A DNA stretch of 63,055 bases, filler included, from Asterionella formosa (GCA_002256025.1; 8 parts of 8 records of this genome joined end to end with filler, not necessarily neighbours in it), one strand, 5' to 3'. Positions 1 through 12,661 are shown, counted from the whole stretch's first letter. Notes: generated by a model not told the origin, from the sequence alone. Numbers and translations are program-made.

Positions 1-86
1 GTGTTACAAATTCTCGAGTATTATTTTTGCAACCAAAGACGTGACGCGATGTTCTCACTGGTTCCTCATCGACTCTAGCAGCATCA

Positions 87-1444
87 ATGGCCTCTAAATC
101 TGGCCGCCGCGGCATGTTTCTCCCTCCTCAGAAGCGAGAAAAGCTGCTGCTGAAAGTGGCAAAAGCTGAAAGCAAAGCACTGCTCTCGAATGGTCACAGT
201 CGCAGTCCAGCGTCGCTGAAGGATGAAGGCTGCAGAGTCTGTCGGAAAGACAACGATCATGCCAATCTTCTCTTGTGCGAAGCATGCAACGCAGAATATC
301 ATTTGTACTGCTTGAATCCTCCCTTGCAGGCTGTTCCACTGGGGGATTGGTACTGTGGTGAGTACCTTTCCCACGCCGTCGCTGCAGTCAGTTGAAAATT
401 CTCTCACGCTCTGAATTGTCGCACGATGTTCTTACAGGCAAATGCAAACCATCGCGCCAGCAGCTTGCTGAACCCAAACGCGACTATGACATCGACGGAC
501 TAGACTACATGGTCTCGGCACTACCACCCTTGTACACAGAACGATTTGGGGAAGTCGTGTGGGCCCAGGGTGGGCCGGGATTTGGCTGGTGGCCCTCCTA
601 TATCTATGATCCCCGCATGACAGTGGGTGGCGCGAGGGATTTGGCCAGAAAACATTTGGGTCGACGGCATTTGGTTTATTTCTTTCAGTGCCACGAAGCA
701 CCCTTTGCAGTACTACCGGATAGCAAAATCATGGAATGGAACGAAGGCCTTGCAGAAAATTTGCACCTTGGCAAAGTTGCCAGGCATACAGGGAAGAATC
801 GATCTATCATGTACGATGAAGCCATCAAAGTGGCCATTCTGGAATTGGGGAAAGCTATTGATCATCGTATGGATTGGAATCATCCTGATCCCAATGCCAT
901 CTTATCACCTGTTAAGCAATCGCAATCGTCGACTTCAGATTTTGTGCCATCCAAACAAAGTCGGAAGCGAGGACGAACTGCCCGGGCCAAAAAATTGTTG
1001 CCGGATTTGGAGATAGTCAACGTATTGCCGAGCCGGACGAAGAATCCAACAAGGAGTAACCTGCAAGCAGCGTTGTCGATTCAAAATGCAACCATACAGG
1101 TGGACTCTGAACTGTACTGTCGCATTGAATGTCAAGGCATCAACATTGGCTTTGTCCAATTACAATCCCGCCGAGACGCTACTTTTGTGGAGGCGCGAGC
1201 AGAAATTATGAAGCTATTAGAAGCGGATCTTCCGCAGAAGTGGAAGTTTTATGTTCCGACCTTGGGGCCAGTGAGCTTTAAACAAGAAGATACATTGGGA
1301 CCGATTCTGTTGTTTGTTCAACAGGCTTCCGTTGATCCTAATTTGGGAGATGGAAGTAGCCGGTATCCCATGAAAATATCGATTGTGGAATATAAAGAAA
1401 ATGAAGTTCTTTCTGGGGCTGCAATGGAAGATTGTTCAGATTAA
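87..1444 (+). CDS. PHD-finger + PWWP-like chromatin reader (2 exons: 87-357, 438-1444)
   Basis: Exon 1 has CRVC..LLLCEACNAEYHLYCLNPPL..VPLGDWYC. Splicing GTGAGT(358)..TTACAG(437) completes the PHD as YCGKC. Exon 2 has FGEVVWAQGGPGFGWWPSYIYDP and LVYFF (PWWP-like). Confidence 0.85.
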
Positions 1445-1889
1445 TGAAATCCGTTCGAGCACAAGCCATTTGGTCTTGACACTTACCAAATTCTCAACAT
1501 GATTAAGTAAGTGCGAAATCAAGTGTCAAAGTTCAACTATAGCTACAGTGTTGAGGAACTAAAGTTTCCAACTTGCAAATGTTTTCAGACTCGACGTGTA
1601 CAACACACTTTTTTATGTTGCACCGGTGGAAGGGATAGGCCCAGCTCTACCCTTTAAATCGCAAGTTTTATCAACCATTCGCTCCTATTAGGGTGGAATT
1701 GTCGCTGGGGTATGTGGATACTATCCCCCGGACTTGAGAATGGATTGCTGAATATAACAAGTGTTCCAGATAACGGTGTTCACTTTTGAGTTAATAAATG
1801 TCGTTTGGTAATCGGTGTTGAGAAAGGCAATGATATTGTTAAAATAAAAGATTATTGCTGCCGCTAGCTCTATGATACACGGATTGTTA

Positions 1890-3070
1890 TCATACTAGCT
1901 CCATTGTTTGCCTCATGAACTCTTGAATCTGAATTGGATCCGATGGAATACTGGCGCCTCGTGTTAGAACACTGCACGTTGCCACACTACACCCAAGGGC
2001 CAAGGCGCTTTGAATAGCCTGTGGTGGCCATTCTCCACCAGTAGCAGTCCTAGGGTGGCTTCTTCGCCAGTCCCAAATACCTTTCAGAAATCCAGCGCAA
2101 AATGCATCCCCAGCTCCGGTTGGATCAATCGGTAGCACTTTTACGGCAGCTTGCTTTGCAATGATGATTCCATTTCGAATCGCAATCGCTCCGTGTTCTC
2201 CCCTAGTGATAATCGCACATGTGTTTGGCGCTACTCGTGCAAAGTATTCCACAAAGTGCTCCATTGCAACGTCCTCGCCTGCGAGTCTCGTAACATACTT
2301 AGCTTCCAAATCATTGAGAAAAACAAAATCTAGACAAGGCAGCAAGTCCACCAGTCCTCCATCCCATTCACCAGTCGCATCGTGCTGCGTCACTAAGGAT
2401 ATGCATGTCGTTTGTTCCTTTCGTGTTTGCCTTAGCCACGCTATACGTTCCTGTAGTTGACCATCCCAGAAACCTTGAATGTTGTAAAACCCAGCGATGT
2501 GTACGTGGATAATGTTTGCTTCGTGTGCCATGACGTTGAAGTGCACCTTGTTGGCAGCAAGGCCTGCTATGACACCTTGGTGAGTCATGAAGGATCGTTC
2601 GTTGTTGGCGACAATGACAATACAGTGTCCAGTGGAAGCCGAAAACTCATTCTCGTGAGCACAATTAATAAATGGAATTCCATGTGTAGCGGTATGATTC
2701 AACATGAGCTTGCCGAAGTCGTCTGTTGGATTAATGGCTGTGTGCAAGGTGACAGATCGATCATCCGTGGATTCACGCTCCAACGCTACCAGGTGCGTCG
2801 CGGAGTTGACAGCGGATCCTCCGGCCATCTTATGGACTGGGTGCGTCAGGCGAGAGTCCCCTCCTGCTTCGGGTAAGCCATCCTGAAGGAAGCAAAAGAG
2901 GTCTTTGAGAAGCAGAACCGATTGAGTATTTGCAAGTGGAGGCGGCTCGGCTGACGCTCATTTGTCCATCACAGTCTGGAAACGTATGCAGGTTTGAGCG
3001 GTAATTAATCAAACGTACCAACGTAACAATCCCCCACAATGTGAAACGAGACGCTGGGCGGAGTTGTCAT
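1890..3070 (-). CDS. PfkB/ribokinase-family carbohydrate kinase (exons 3070-3019, 2902-1890)
   Basis: Motifs GGSAVN, FLNDLEA, ITRGEHGA and DPTGAGDAFCAGFL. Intron 3018-2903 (GTACGT..AAG) joins MTTPPSVSFHIVGDCYV-DLFCFL in frame. Confidence 0.88.
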
Positions 3071-4103
3071 GGTTCCGATAGTTTATAGCTAGTGCCTACT
3101 CGGAGTATTGCTTTTCCGTGATTACCGCCAGTATTCAGTCTCATGACTGTGACGAGAAAGTGGAATTTCTCTTGCTACATGTGAGAGCAGGTTTCGTTTA
3201 CTATATTTACATTGTACTGGTATCATTGCGCCCACATACCAGGTACCAGGTACCGGTATCGTCATCAATCACACTTCATCATCAATCAAACTTTCGCTCA
3301 TAATCATATCGTTGCTCGAGTATTTCCGCGCAGGAGTACCTTTTAACACACTGTCCATAAACAGCCAACCAGAATAATCACGCGAAAATGTGAGAATAAT
3401 CCATAAAAATATAACTTATACCGGTATGTACTACCGGTAACTATCCTAGATTACATAAAAGTTGAAAATGCCTCGAGTCGTACCTGGATGGTCTTACCGG
3501 TACTATACCAGTACGTCTATTATGTGATGGTAACAGTTACGTGGTACCTGCTACCTGGTAGCTCGTTGAGTACCCCGGTACCAGGTACTACCTGGTACGT
3601 TTCTCATCCCAGACCTGTCGTGTTCATACCTAAGAAATATATCTAGCCGTATATCTACGTATGTGAAGACCTACGTACCTACATATTGTGTTCCAGGTGG
3701 TTCAACTTTCCACCGTTGTTTGCTTCCCTCCGATCTTGCTTCGTCCCTCCACCGGTAATAATACATTGCATCTGGCTGACGATTGGGATTGCGAAACGCA
3801 TACCGGTACCAGTAGCTAAGATATATCCAGCCGGCAGTTAGTAATAAGATGGCGCAAAGATCGCGCCAGTGTGTTCATAATCACACACCAGCCACGATTG
3901 CACCACATCAACATCATCGTCATCGTGAAGTGATACACACCACGTTAATTTTTACGCGTTCGCGTACGAGTTCGTTCCTTGATGTTGAATGTTGAAGGCA
4001 CGATTCCTTGATCATACAATCTTATTACTATTCCCCGGAATATCATTTGGTGCCTGCCGGTACATCGTTTCTCCCCAACGACGAACGTTAAACATCAACC
4101 AGG

Positions 4104-5833
4104 ATGATGATCTCCAGCAGAGCACTCAGATCTGTGCTTATCAAGCATCGCACAATGTCAACAGCAACTGCCTGGACCTGGGCCACGATTGACCCTCTGG
4201 CGCTTGGCACCACCAGCGATGTGTACGCCGTTCCCAATTGCGTCGATGGAGTGTGGACTCACACCAAATCAACGATTGAGATTCCGAATCCTCTTAACAA
4301 GGATGCGCCTGCCATTTTTACTATTCCTGACACTCAGAGCGACGAGCTCAAGCCATTCTTCGACTCAATGCGCAAGGTGCCAAAGAGCGGGCTTCACAAT
4401 CCATTGAAAAACAATCACAGATACTTGGAGTATGGGGAAATTTCGAGAAAGGTACGTTGACGAATCGAATGCGCATATCCATCAGTCTAGACTCTTCTGA
4501 AAAATATCAACATTACTACCGTATACTCGGCACTTTGCAGGCTGGGGATTTTCTAGGCTCTCCAGAAGGCCTGGAGTTTTTCGCTCGTTCTATCATGGCT
4601 TGTGTCCCCAAATCCCATGGCCAAGCCAAAGGGGAAGTCAAGGTCACTGCTGATTTTCTCAAAAATTTCGGTGGCGACAATGTCCGCCGCTTGGCAAGGA
4701 CATCTGGCGTTCCTGGCGATCACTACGGACAATTTGCCCAGTCCTTCCGATGGCCTTATGGACCAGTCGCAATTGTCACGCCCTTCAATTTTCCTCTTGA
4801 AATTCCAGTCCTACAATTGATGGGAGCCTTATACATGGGGAATAAACCAATCTTGAAGCCATCAGAACCAACATCTGTGGTGATGGAACAGTTTCTTCGT
4901 CTTTTGATTGATTGCGGTATGGATCCTGCTGATGTCGACTTTTTGAATTGCACTGGACCCGTCGCGCAAAAGGTGATTTTGGATACGCCAGTTCGTTTGA
5001 CGCAGTTTACGGGGTCCTCCAAAGTGGCAGAACTACTCTCGAGAGAGACACATGGAAAGGTCAAAATTGAAGACGCTGGCTTTGATTGGAAAATTATTGG
5101 CGCAGACGTGGGCGACGTGGACTATGTGGCATGGCAATGCGACCAAGATGCCTATGCTGCTACTGGACAAAAGTGTTCTGCTCAGTCCATCATGTTTTAT
5201 CACGAGAACTGGAATGATAGTGGATTTTTGGAAAAGGTCAAGGCAAATGCCACGAGTCGATCCCTCGACAACCTTAGTATCGCTCCAGTGATGACTGTCA
5301 CAACTGAAGCATTTTTGAAGCATACTGCGCGTTTAATGGAAATCCCTGGAGCTAAGCTCTTGTTTGGAGGAAAGGAATTGGAAAAGCACAACATTCCAAA
5401 GAAATATGGCGCTGTCTACCCAACGGCTGTCTACGTACCTATCGAAGAAATGCTCAAACCGGAAAACTTTGGCGCTTGTGCCACTGAAATCTTTGGGCCT
5501 TTCCAAGTTGTGACTAGCTTCACAGATTCTACTGTTGACTTGGTCTTGGAAGCTTGTGAACGCATGAGTCATCACTTGACGGCTGGGGTTGTATCGAATG
5601 ATGTAGCCTTTCAAACTAAAATCTTGGCGAACACTGTGAATGGCACTACATACGCTGGTAGACGCGCCCGTACGACTGGAGCTCCGCAGTGGCATCACTT
5701 TGGACCAGCGGGTGACCCTCGCGGCGCCAGTATTGGTACTCCGGAGGCCATTCAGAATGTATGGTCATGCCATCGTGAGATCATTAACGACAATCTTGTT
5801 CCAATGGGATGGGCTCAGCCAAAGGCAACCTAA
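4104..5833 (+). CDS. ALDH12A1: Delta-1-pyrroline-5-carboxylate dehydrogenase (ALDH12 type), probably mitochondrial (intron 4452-4540)
   Basis: Motifs RWPYGPVAIVTPFNFPLEIP, FTGSS, KIEDAGFDWK, GQKCSAQS, EIFGPFQ and RARTTGAPQWHHFGPAGDPRG. AAG|GTACGT..TTGCAG splice is in frame. Arg/Ser-rich presequence. Confidence 0.93.
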
Positions 5834-6212
5834 TGCACCACATCTGGTAGTTGGGAGTGGCTCCCACCGGTTAGAGAAAGGAGCCTTATTCAGTGTGATC
5901 CCATCAAAGACCCGCGATTTATAGATTTAGACAATTATATGCACGCTACTCTGCGAGGATGAGACGCGCTCATTTTCTGCAATTTTCAAATTACTGCGGC
6001 AAGCTCGCTGTTGCTGCAGTTTTCTCTTTTAACACTCTGTGCAGTTCATATTAATTTAGTAGCGCACTCCACTACTTGCCGGATTCAGTAAGACTTATCA
6101 TTTGATAAGGAAATGCAAAACTAGGTTAACGGAGATAGCTAGTACTCTTTTGGTAGCCAGCAATTCTTTAGCACTAGCATTCTGGTTGATGACTCCCTTG
6201 TTCGCATCTTTT

Positions 6213-7706
6213 TCAGCTTTTCAATTTGCGGAACTGAAACGGGAGTAAATGGTTAAAGCACTTATCACACAGGGACTAGACGGGAAAACAATGAAATCTC
6301 ACCTTGTCCATCTCGTCAATGACTCCCTTTGGTAAAACTGGACGAAAGCTAGGCAATTCGGCTACAAACAAAAGCGAGTGTGCCCATCCGGCCTTCTCCT
6401 GGAATAAACTTCGAAACAAATCTCCCGTTTGCTTATAGACGCCAGGTGTCATGCTTTTGGCTTTCATCAATGACTCGTTAGTATCGTAGTCGCGTCTCGC
6501 AATGTTCCAAACGTGAGTATCGACAGGGATTGCATCACATTGTCTCAGAGAAAATAGAGCGACGCAATCTGCGACTTTGCGACCGACCCCGCAAAATTGA
6601 ATTAATTTTTCCTGCACCTGAATTGGGTCGTTCGTCTCTCGCAAGTCGTGCAGATACTGCTCTCCTCCTAGAGATTCCAGGATCTTCATTGTTTCGAGGA
6701 TATACTTTGATCGATAGCCCATTCCACACTTCATCCGTAGCTCATCATCAGTTGCCCGCTTCTTCAATTCAACAAAGCTTGGGAAACTATAAATAGTTTC
6801 ATTCCCGATAGTTACCAATGGCTCCCCGTAATTCCTTCGAATTGCATTGACCATTCTAGTAATTCTTGGAATGTTGTTGTTGGATGAGCAGATGAAGCTT
6901 ACGAGACATTCCCAGGGGTCTTGCTCAACAATTCTCACTCCAGGGATACATTGTGCGATCTTGGCGAGTCGTTTGGGATCTTCAATCGACCATTGCTCAT
7001 AAAGGGGCTTGAGTTTGTGCTGGAGTTGAAAGTAGTTTCGAAGCATTTCTTTCCCTTCCGCAGGTCCATTGAGGACTCTATACAGCGTTGTATCCGCCGT
7101 TTCTTTGATACAAACAACCAATGGATCCCCACTCTTCGGTCTAAGTACTCCAACCCATTCGGTTGCATCATGCCTCCCCCAGGCTGACGGGCTTGATGTG
7201 GCATCGCTATCTTCCTCGACTGCTCGCCAATGAAAACACTGACCTGTCGTCAGAGTTGCAGACGGGCGGAGTTCGTGAGGTGGTATCTCTAAGTCAACAT
7301 AGGGTCGATCTGGAGCAATTGAAGCTACATCTTTCGCGAGGAGTAATTGTCGATCTGCTGGTGACGTTGGTGGCTTTTTGGTGGAACTTGTCGGGGAGAC
7401 TACATTCTTCCGCTTAGTTGGTTGCGGAGTTGACAGCACTGGATCCGAGGCGCTATCTGCTTGGACCGATGATCGTGTTCGTTTGGTTTGCGGTGGACTT
7501 GACAAAACCACATCCACAATCCCAGCCCCGCCGCTAGAGGCAGACCGCTTCCGTCTTGGTGGTGTCACATCCGACGGAACGGATTCAACGCTCCTGAAGG
7601 TTGTTAGTGCGGTGCCACTATTAGCTCGAGCGCTTACCATCCTTGGAACACTCATACTTCTGCAGCCACTTATCAGATTTATTAAAAGGAAGCTTGGCAA
7701 TTTCAT
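6213..7706 (-). CDS. OGG1: 8-oxoguanine DNA glycosylase/AP lyase
   Basis: Motifs TLTTGQCFHW, QDPWECLVSFICSSNNNIPRI, HhH GVGRKVADCVALFS, PVDTHV and AGWAHSLLF. Probable terminal intron about 6303-6234 (AAG|GTGAGA..TTTCAG) ending FRKLKS*. Start taken at MKLPSF (7706). Confidence 0.9.
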
Positions 7707-8412
7707 GGATATTATAACTTTAAGAAAGACAGTGACCACTGATGGCTACATAGCTTTGATCAAACAGAGATGATGCTACATGTGTATTGTCTTGGCTGCA
7801 ACAATTGAATCCTGGTACCTGGTACACCGGTGCTATGTTTGTACCGCACTGGGTAGGAGTACGGTACCCCATTCCCGTAGATGTACGTCAATTATAAGTA
7901 TTTGTACTACCGGTATATCAAATACGGCATTTATTATGGATGAAAAACTTTTACACAGTGCATATGTGAGTGCAGCACTACCAGTACGGTACCTGGTATC
8001 CCACATGTTAAATTGCGTTTTCAATGACAGCGGCAGGCAAGATAATTGCCATTTTGACGGATTATAAGATCCCACTAGCCAGGAAAAACGAGATAAATCG
8101 ATCATCTGGGTCCTTTTCCCTTCACGTACGTCACCTTATAAATTCCTTGCAGGATCCTTTCTTGTTTGTATGACATGCAAGATGTGTACAGTGGCTACTA
8201 CCGGTACGTTGTTTTGTATCGGCATGCACCGCAATCAAATCTATCACATAGATGATGCTGTCAAAGTGTATGATGGCTCAGCTGCTTTTTCCTCCATGAT
8301 GATCAAGCAAGCTATCATGACGTTTTAGCTAATCATTACTTTTGGCAGCCAAGCAATTCGTCACCCGATTCCTCCAATCTAGTTAACCGCTACGAGAACA
8401 AGTGGCTGATAA

Positions 8413-10302
8413 ATGACAATCGTTTCCTTGAGTCAATCAGCCAGCGTTGCGATAGTCGCACTCCTCCTTTCACTGTCCAGTGCCTTCACTGCCCCTCAAA
8501 AAGATTTGCCGAACATCCAAGTGCCTTTGAGGTCGACAGAGAGTGACTCCGTTTGGTACGATGACTCTTTGACCATAGGAAGCCGCCGTCGCTCAATTAT
8601 GGCTGGCAACTGGAAATTGAACCCAAACACGCTTGGGGAGGCCAACAATCTATTGAAACTTCTCAAATCAAACTTTGTCAATCACCGATCATCAGGAGCA
8701 AACGATATGCCAGAAGTCATTGTGTTTCCGCCTTTTCCATTCCTTTCTTCTGCTGTCAATGAGCTTGATGGCACTGGTATTAAAGTTGGAGCACAAAACA
8801 TCGGACTCCAAGTATCTGGTGCCTATACTGGAGAGGTATCTGCCTCTATGATTAGGTCTCTTGGTTGTGACTATGTCATGCTGGGCCATTCGGAACGTCG
8901 GGCTCTTTTCGAAGAATCTGATTCTGATATCAACTCCAAGATGAAACTGTGCCTTCAAGAACCTGGACTGAATGTAATTCTTTGTGTCGGCGAGACTTTG
9001 GAGGAATATGAGTCAGATCTGCTTCGCAGCGTGATTGATATTCAACTCAAAAAAGGCCTTATGAGTGTCACTGGGGCTGATTTAGCACGTATTGTCATTG
9101 CTTATGAACCCGTTTGGGCAATTGGAACCGGAAAGGTTGCCACACCAGAGCAAGCTCAAATTGCACATGTAGCCGTTCGGCAAACTCTTTCTCAACTCTA
9201 TGGTGCTGACGCAGCAAGATCAGTTCGAATCCAATATGGTGGAAGTGTCAACCCAGCCAATGCTGATGAGCTCATGGCACAACCTGATGTGGACGGTGCT
9301 CTTGTGGGAGGTGCATCCTTGACTGCCGACTCTTTCACTCGAATTGTTGATAGTGGCGTTGCAACACCTGCTATGGGGCAGTTCAGACCCAAAGAGCTCA
9401 CAGCTAGGGAAGTTGTTACTAGCAAGAATATCCTAGGAGAATCCCCCATCTGGTCTGTTCGCGATCAGACCCTGTATTGGATTTCAGTTCCCGAAGAAGA
9501 GGTCTGGGCTTGGAATCTCAAAGACGCACCATACCGAAGGCTGGTTGGGACCCAGCTTGGTTGTGTGGCCATTAAGGCTTCTGATTCAAAAGGAAGCTTG
9601 ATTTTGGCAGGGGAAAGAGCATTTTTAGAAATGACAATGTCATCAGCAACAGTTGATTTCGCTTCAGGTCCTACTCTCCTTTGTGAACGCCCTGAACAGA
9701 GTGAGGCCACAAGGCCCAATGATGGTCGCGTCGATCGCCAAGGTCGCCTCGTCTTTGGAATGTACAACAATTACCACAGAGCTGGTTCTTCTGCTGGAGA
9801 GAACAACGCTGGTCTTTACCGAATCAATGAAAACTTGGAAATTGAATCTCTTCTTGATTACAAGTACCGAGTTTCCAACTGTATTTGCTTTCCAGCTGAG
9901 GGTGACTCAATATTCTTTTGTGACACTCCCACACGCAAACTTTATAAATTTGATTACCCCAAGGGAGCTGGTGGCATCCTCACCAACCGACGTTTAATTT
10001 GGACAATGCCAAGCAATTTGAATGGCGGTCCTGATGGTGCCCAAGTGGATTCTGAGGGGTGTATTTGGATGGCTCTTACTGGAGCATCACGTGTTGTCCG
10101 AGTGGACCCCATGACTGGCACCATTGATATGGTTGTACATCTTCCTGTCATGTGTCCCACATCATGCACCTTTGGTGGACCTGACTTGGATGAATTGTTC
10201 ATTACAACAAGAGGACCAGATGGTGGTGGAATGTATAGAGTGAAAATGCCCTTTGGTATAAGGGGTCTCCCAGAGCCGGAGTTCAAGGTGAGTGCTAAGT
10301 AA
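8413..10302 (+). CDS. TPI: Plastid-targeted triosephosphate isomerase fused to an SMP-30/gluconolactonase beta-propeller
   Basis: Single 629-aa ORF. Signal peptide ending SSA|FTAP. TPI motifs AGNWK, GHSERR, AYEPVWAIGTG and YGGSV. C-terminal LGESPIW, RPNDGRVD, VSNCICF, GPDGAQVD and PTSCTFGGPDLDELFITT. Confidence 0.9.
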   Translation: MTIVSLSQSASVAIVALLLSLSSAFTAPQKDLPNIQVPLRSTESDSVWYDDSLTIGSRRRSIMAGNWKLNPNTLGEANNLLKLLKSNFVNHRSSGANDMPEVIVFPPFPFLSSAVNELDGTGIKVGAQNIGLQVSGAYTGEVSASMIRSLGCDYVMLGHSERRALFEESDSDINSKMKLCLQEPGLNVILCVGETLEEYESDLLRSVIDIQLKKGLMSVTGADLARIVIAYEPVWAIGTGKVATPEQAQIAHVAVRQTLSQLYGADAARSVRIQYGGSVNPANADELMAQPDVDGALVGGASLTADSFTRIVDSGVATPAMGQFRPKELTAREVVTSKNILGESPIWSVRDQTLYWISVPEEEVWAWNLKDAPYRRLVGTQLGCVAIKASDSKGSLILAGERAFLEMTMSSATVDFASGPTLLCERPEQSEATRPNDGRVDRQGRLVFGMYNNYHRAGSSAGENNAGLYRINENLEIESLLDYKYRVSNCICFPAEGDSIFFCDTPTRKLYKFDYPKGAGGILTNRRLIWTMPSNLNGGPDGAQVDSEGCIWMALTGASRVVRVDPMTGTIDMVVHLPVMCPTSCTFGGPDLDELFITTRGPDGGGMYRVKMPFGIRGLPEPEFKVSAK

Positions 10303-10398
10303 GAAAGTTAATGGTGCTAGGAACCAACAGCTACCGGTAGTGTTAAAGTGTGATAGACCTAAACATTTTTGGCTTAGACAGTACTCCTATGGAGTATG

Positions 10399-10646
10399 CC
10401 GGTACCTGGTACCTGGTACCAGGTATTCTAAATATATTTGCAGGTAGTCTTATCTCTGTAGATAGACTGCATCGCACTCGGAGTACTGGTATTTTATGTG
10501 GTATCCTGGGTGTACATGTAAAATATAAACTGGTACCAGGTACTGGAAACTGAATACCGGTTCATGACAATTTATGGGCCACCACAGCACCACCGCGTCG
10601 CACCCCTGGTGTAGTTAGTAGTCTACCTGGTACCTGGTACCTGGTA
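10399..10646. repeat. Representative cluster of the intergenic (TACCTGG/CCAGGTA)n motif
   Basis: CCGGTACCTGGTACCTGGTACCAGGTA at 10399 and TACCTGGTACCTGGTACCTGGTA at 10624. Similar clusters occur in most intergenic regions. Confidence 0.85.
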
Positions 10647-10810
10647 GTCTACTAGTCTACCGGTACAGATGTTTTACAACACCATACATAGAATGTAAGT
10701 AGAGTTAAATACCGGTACGGTACTTACATCTCTGACACATCTCCAACCAGAAGGAAATAGAAAAGAATGGTTTATGTACAATAAAAAGCAATATAAATAA
10801 CAATATCAAG

Positions 10811-12661
10811 ATGATGAGCTTTGTCCGCATCGCGGCGACAAGAAGAGGCAGCCGACGGATTCTACCGTCTGGGTGTGCTTCCATTTACTCCACGTTAAAT
10901 CAGCATCAAAAGAGGCCCCTTTCCTATCTCTGGGATGTGATATCAAGTGCATCTCTCAATCCTCCCAATCCGATCTTGAATGCTCGAACCGCTGACCTTC
11001 CCAACTTTGGCAATGTCGAACCTTACCACTTGACGCGAGCCGCCAGACAAGTTTGCAAGGATTATCAAACGCAGTGGGAAGCGCTGCAAGAAAAGATTCG
11101 GGCCAAGACGCTCTCCGCCGACGAATTTCTTGACGAAATAGCCGCGCTTGATGCACCTGTCGATTACCTTGCTACCATTAGTTCTTTCTATCAACAGGAC
11201 TTATACCCCATTGATACTGCCTGGTTGAAGGCTCTAAACCCAGAAGTTGTTTCCAGCTGTCGCCAGCATTACGGAACTTCGTTGCTTCTAGAGGCGGCAA
11301 AGGAATACTATGATGATCATGCCGATCTCTCGGATCAAACAAAGCGAGCTCTTGATTTTATTCTCAAGCAAGGTGCTGCCAACGTTAAGGGAGAAGCTGC
11401 TGAGAAACTGAGTCTGGTTCGCAAGGCTATATTTGACATGACCATTTCTGTCGTTGAGCGAGGGGAACGGTCTTCCACTCGAGCAAAATTGGAAGATTTG
11501 TACAGCTTTTTGGGGTTAAAGACAGAAGAAGCAAAGCTGCAGGGATACTCCAATCAAGTGGAATTGCAAATGAGAGATCGCGTTTTGTCATTGAATGAAA
11601 TTCGCGCGCTACACGATCAAGTGGCAAAGGCACTGTACCCGAAGATTGAGGAAATGAAGAAACAAACTCCCAACAATATTGACATGTCAATGTACTTATC
11701 TCTTGATGGCGCACTGGGAGGTCTCTTTGCCGTCACTAGGGCCTTGTTCGGAATAGTTGTTCAAGAAGCGGAAAAGAATCAAGTGAATGGTTGGTACCCT
11801 GACGTTCGCCTGTTCCATCTCAGCGATGAAGATACTGGGCGAAAACTTGGATCGTTATATCTTGACGCCTTTCAAAGACCGGCCAAATCATGGAAGGTCC
11901 ATGCATTGCCATTAACACCTGACAAGGTCGTGATTAACTTGGCAATTTCACCTCCCGCATGGAATACCGACCCAGCTGCCATTCAAATTAAGGATGCGCG
12001 GAGTTTGTTTCATGAATTTGGACATGCTTTGGAAATTCTTGGGGCGACAGAGAAGGATTCCCTGAGGGGACCTGCGAACAAGAGTTATGAAGCAAGCGAA
12101 GTAATGTCACAATTCATGGAACAGTGGTTGTTTGAAGAATCCGTATTGGAGACACTTGCCTTCATGTCCGGTGCATCGGAAAAGATCCCCAAAGAAACCA
12201 TGCAAGAACTCAAACAACAATACGTTAACAATCGTCGGATGGAATTAACCGAACAGCTTTTTATGGACAACTTGGAACTGGAATATTTCTTGAATGATCG
12301 AGGAAGTGAATCTCTTGTCGCCATGCAACATCGGATCGCTAATACGTACTTAGGTCATGATCTTCTTGCGAAGTCGGATATGCGTCCGTTGATGCATGTT
12401 TTCAAATTCAATACTGGAGGCGAACAGCATGGCGATGTGGGCCACTATCGGTATTTGCTCGGAGAAATTATTGCGGCAGATATCTTCAGTGTTTTTCAAC
12501 AAGCTGGTCTTAAGAATCAGCTTGAAATGAAACGGTTGGGTGGAATGCTGAAGGCATCAATGATCGAACCTGGGGCATCGATTGACACTGCCAAGGCTAT
12601 TAAGGAGCTCACAGGGCGGTCTGTTTCGCTCGAGGCCTTTTTTGACAAGTTACAGCTATGA
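10811..12661 (+). CDS. Peptidase family M3 (oligopeptidase A / mitochondrial intermediate peptidase-like)
   Basis: Zinc motif LFHEFGHAL, downstream SEVMSQFMEQW, and WYPDVRLF..LGSLYLD. Arg-rich N-terminus resembles a mitochondrial presequence. Confidence 0.85.
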   Translation: MMSFVRIAATRRGSRRILPSGCASIYSTLNQHQKRPLSYLWDVISSASLNPPNPILNARTADLPNFGNVEPYHLTRAARQVCKDYQTQWEALQEKIRAKTLSADEFLDEIAALDAPVDYLATISSFYQQDLYPIDTAWLKALNPEVVSSCRQHYGTSLLLEAAKEYYDDHADLSDQTKRALDFILKQGAANVKGEAAEKLSLVRKAIFDMTISVVERGERSSTRAKLEDLYSFLGLKTEEAKLQGYSNQVELQMRDRVLSLNEIRALHDQVAKALYPKIEEMKKQTPNNIDMSMYLSLDGALGGLFAVTRALFGIVVQEAEKNQVNGWYPDVRLFHLSDEDTGRKLGSLYLDAFQRPAKSWKVHALPLTPDKVVINLAISPPAWNTDPAAIQIKDARSLFHEFGHALEILGATEKDSLRGPANKSYEASEVMSQFMEQWLFEESVLETLAFMSGASEKIPKETMQELKQQYVNNRRMELTEQLFMDNLELEYFLNDRGSESLVAMQHRIANTYLGHDLLAKSDMRPLMHVFKFNTGGEQHGDVGHYRYLLGEIIAADIFSVFQQAGLKNQLEMKRLGGMLKASMIEPGASIDTAKAIKELTGRSVSLEAFFDKLQL

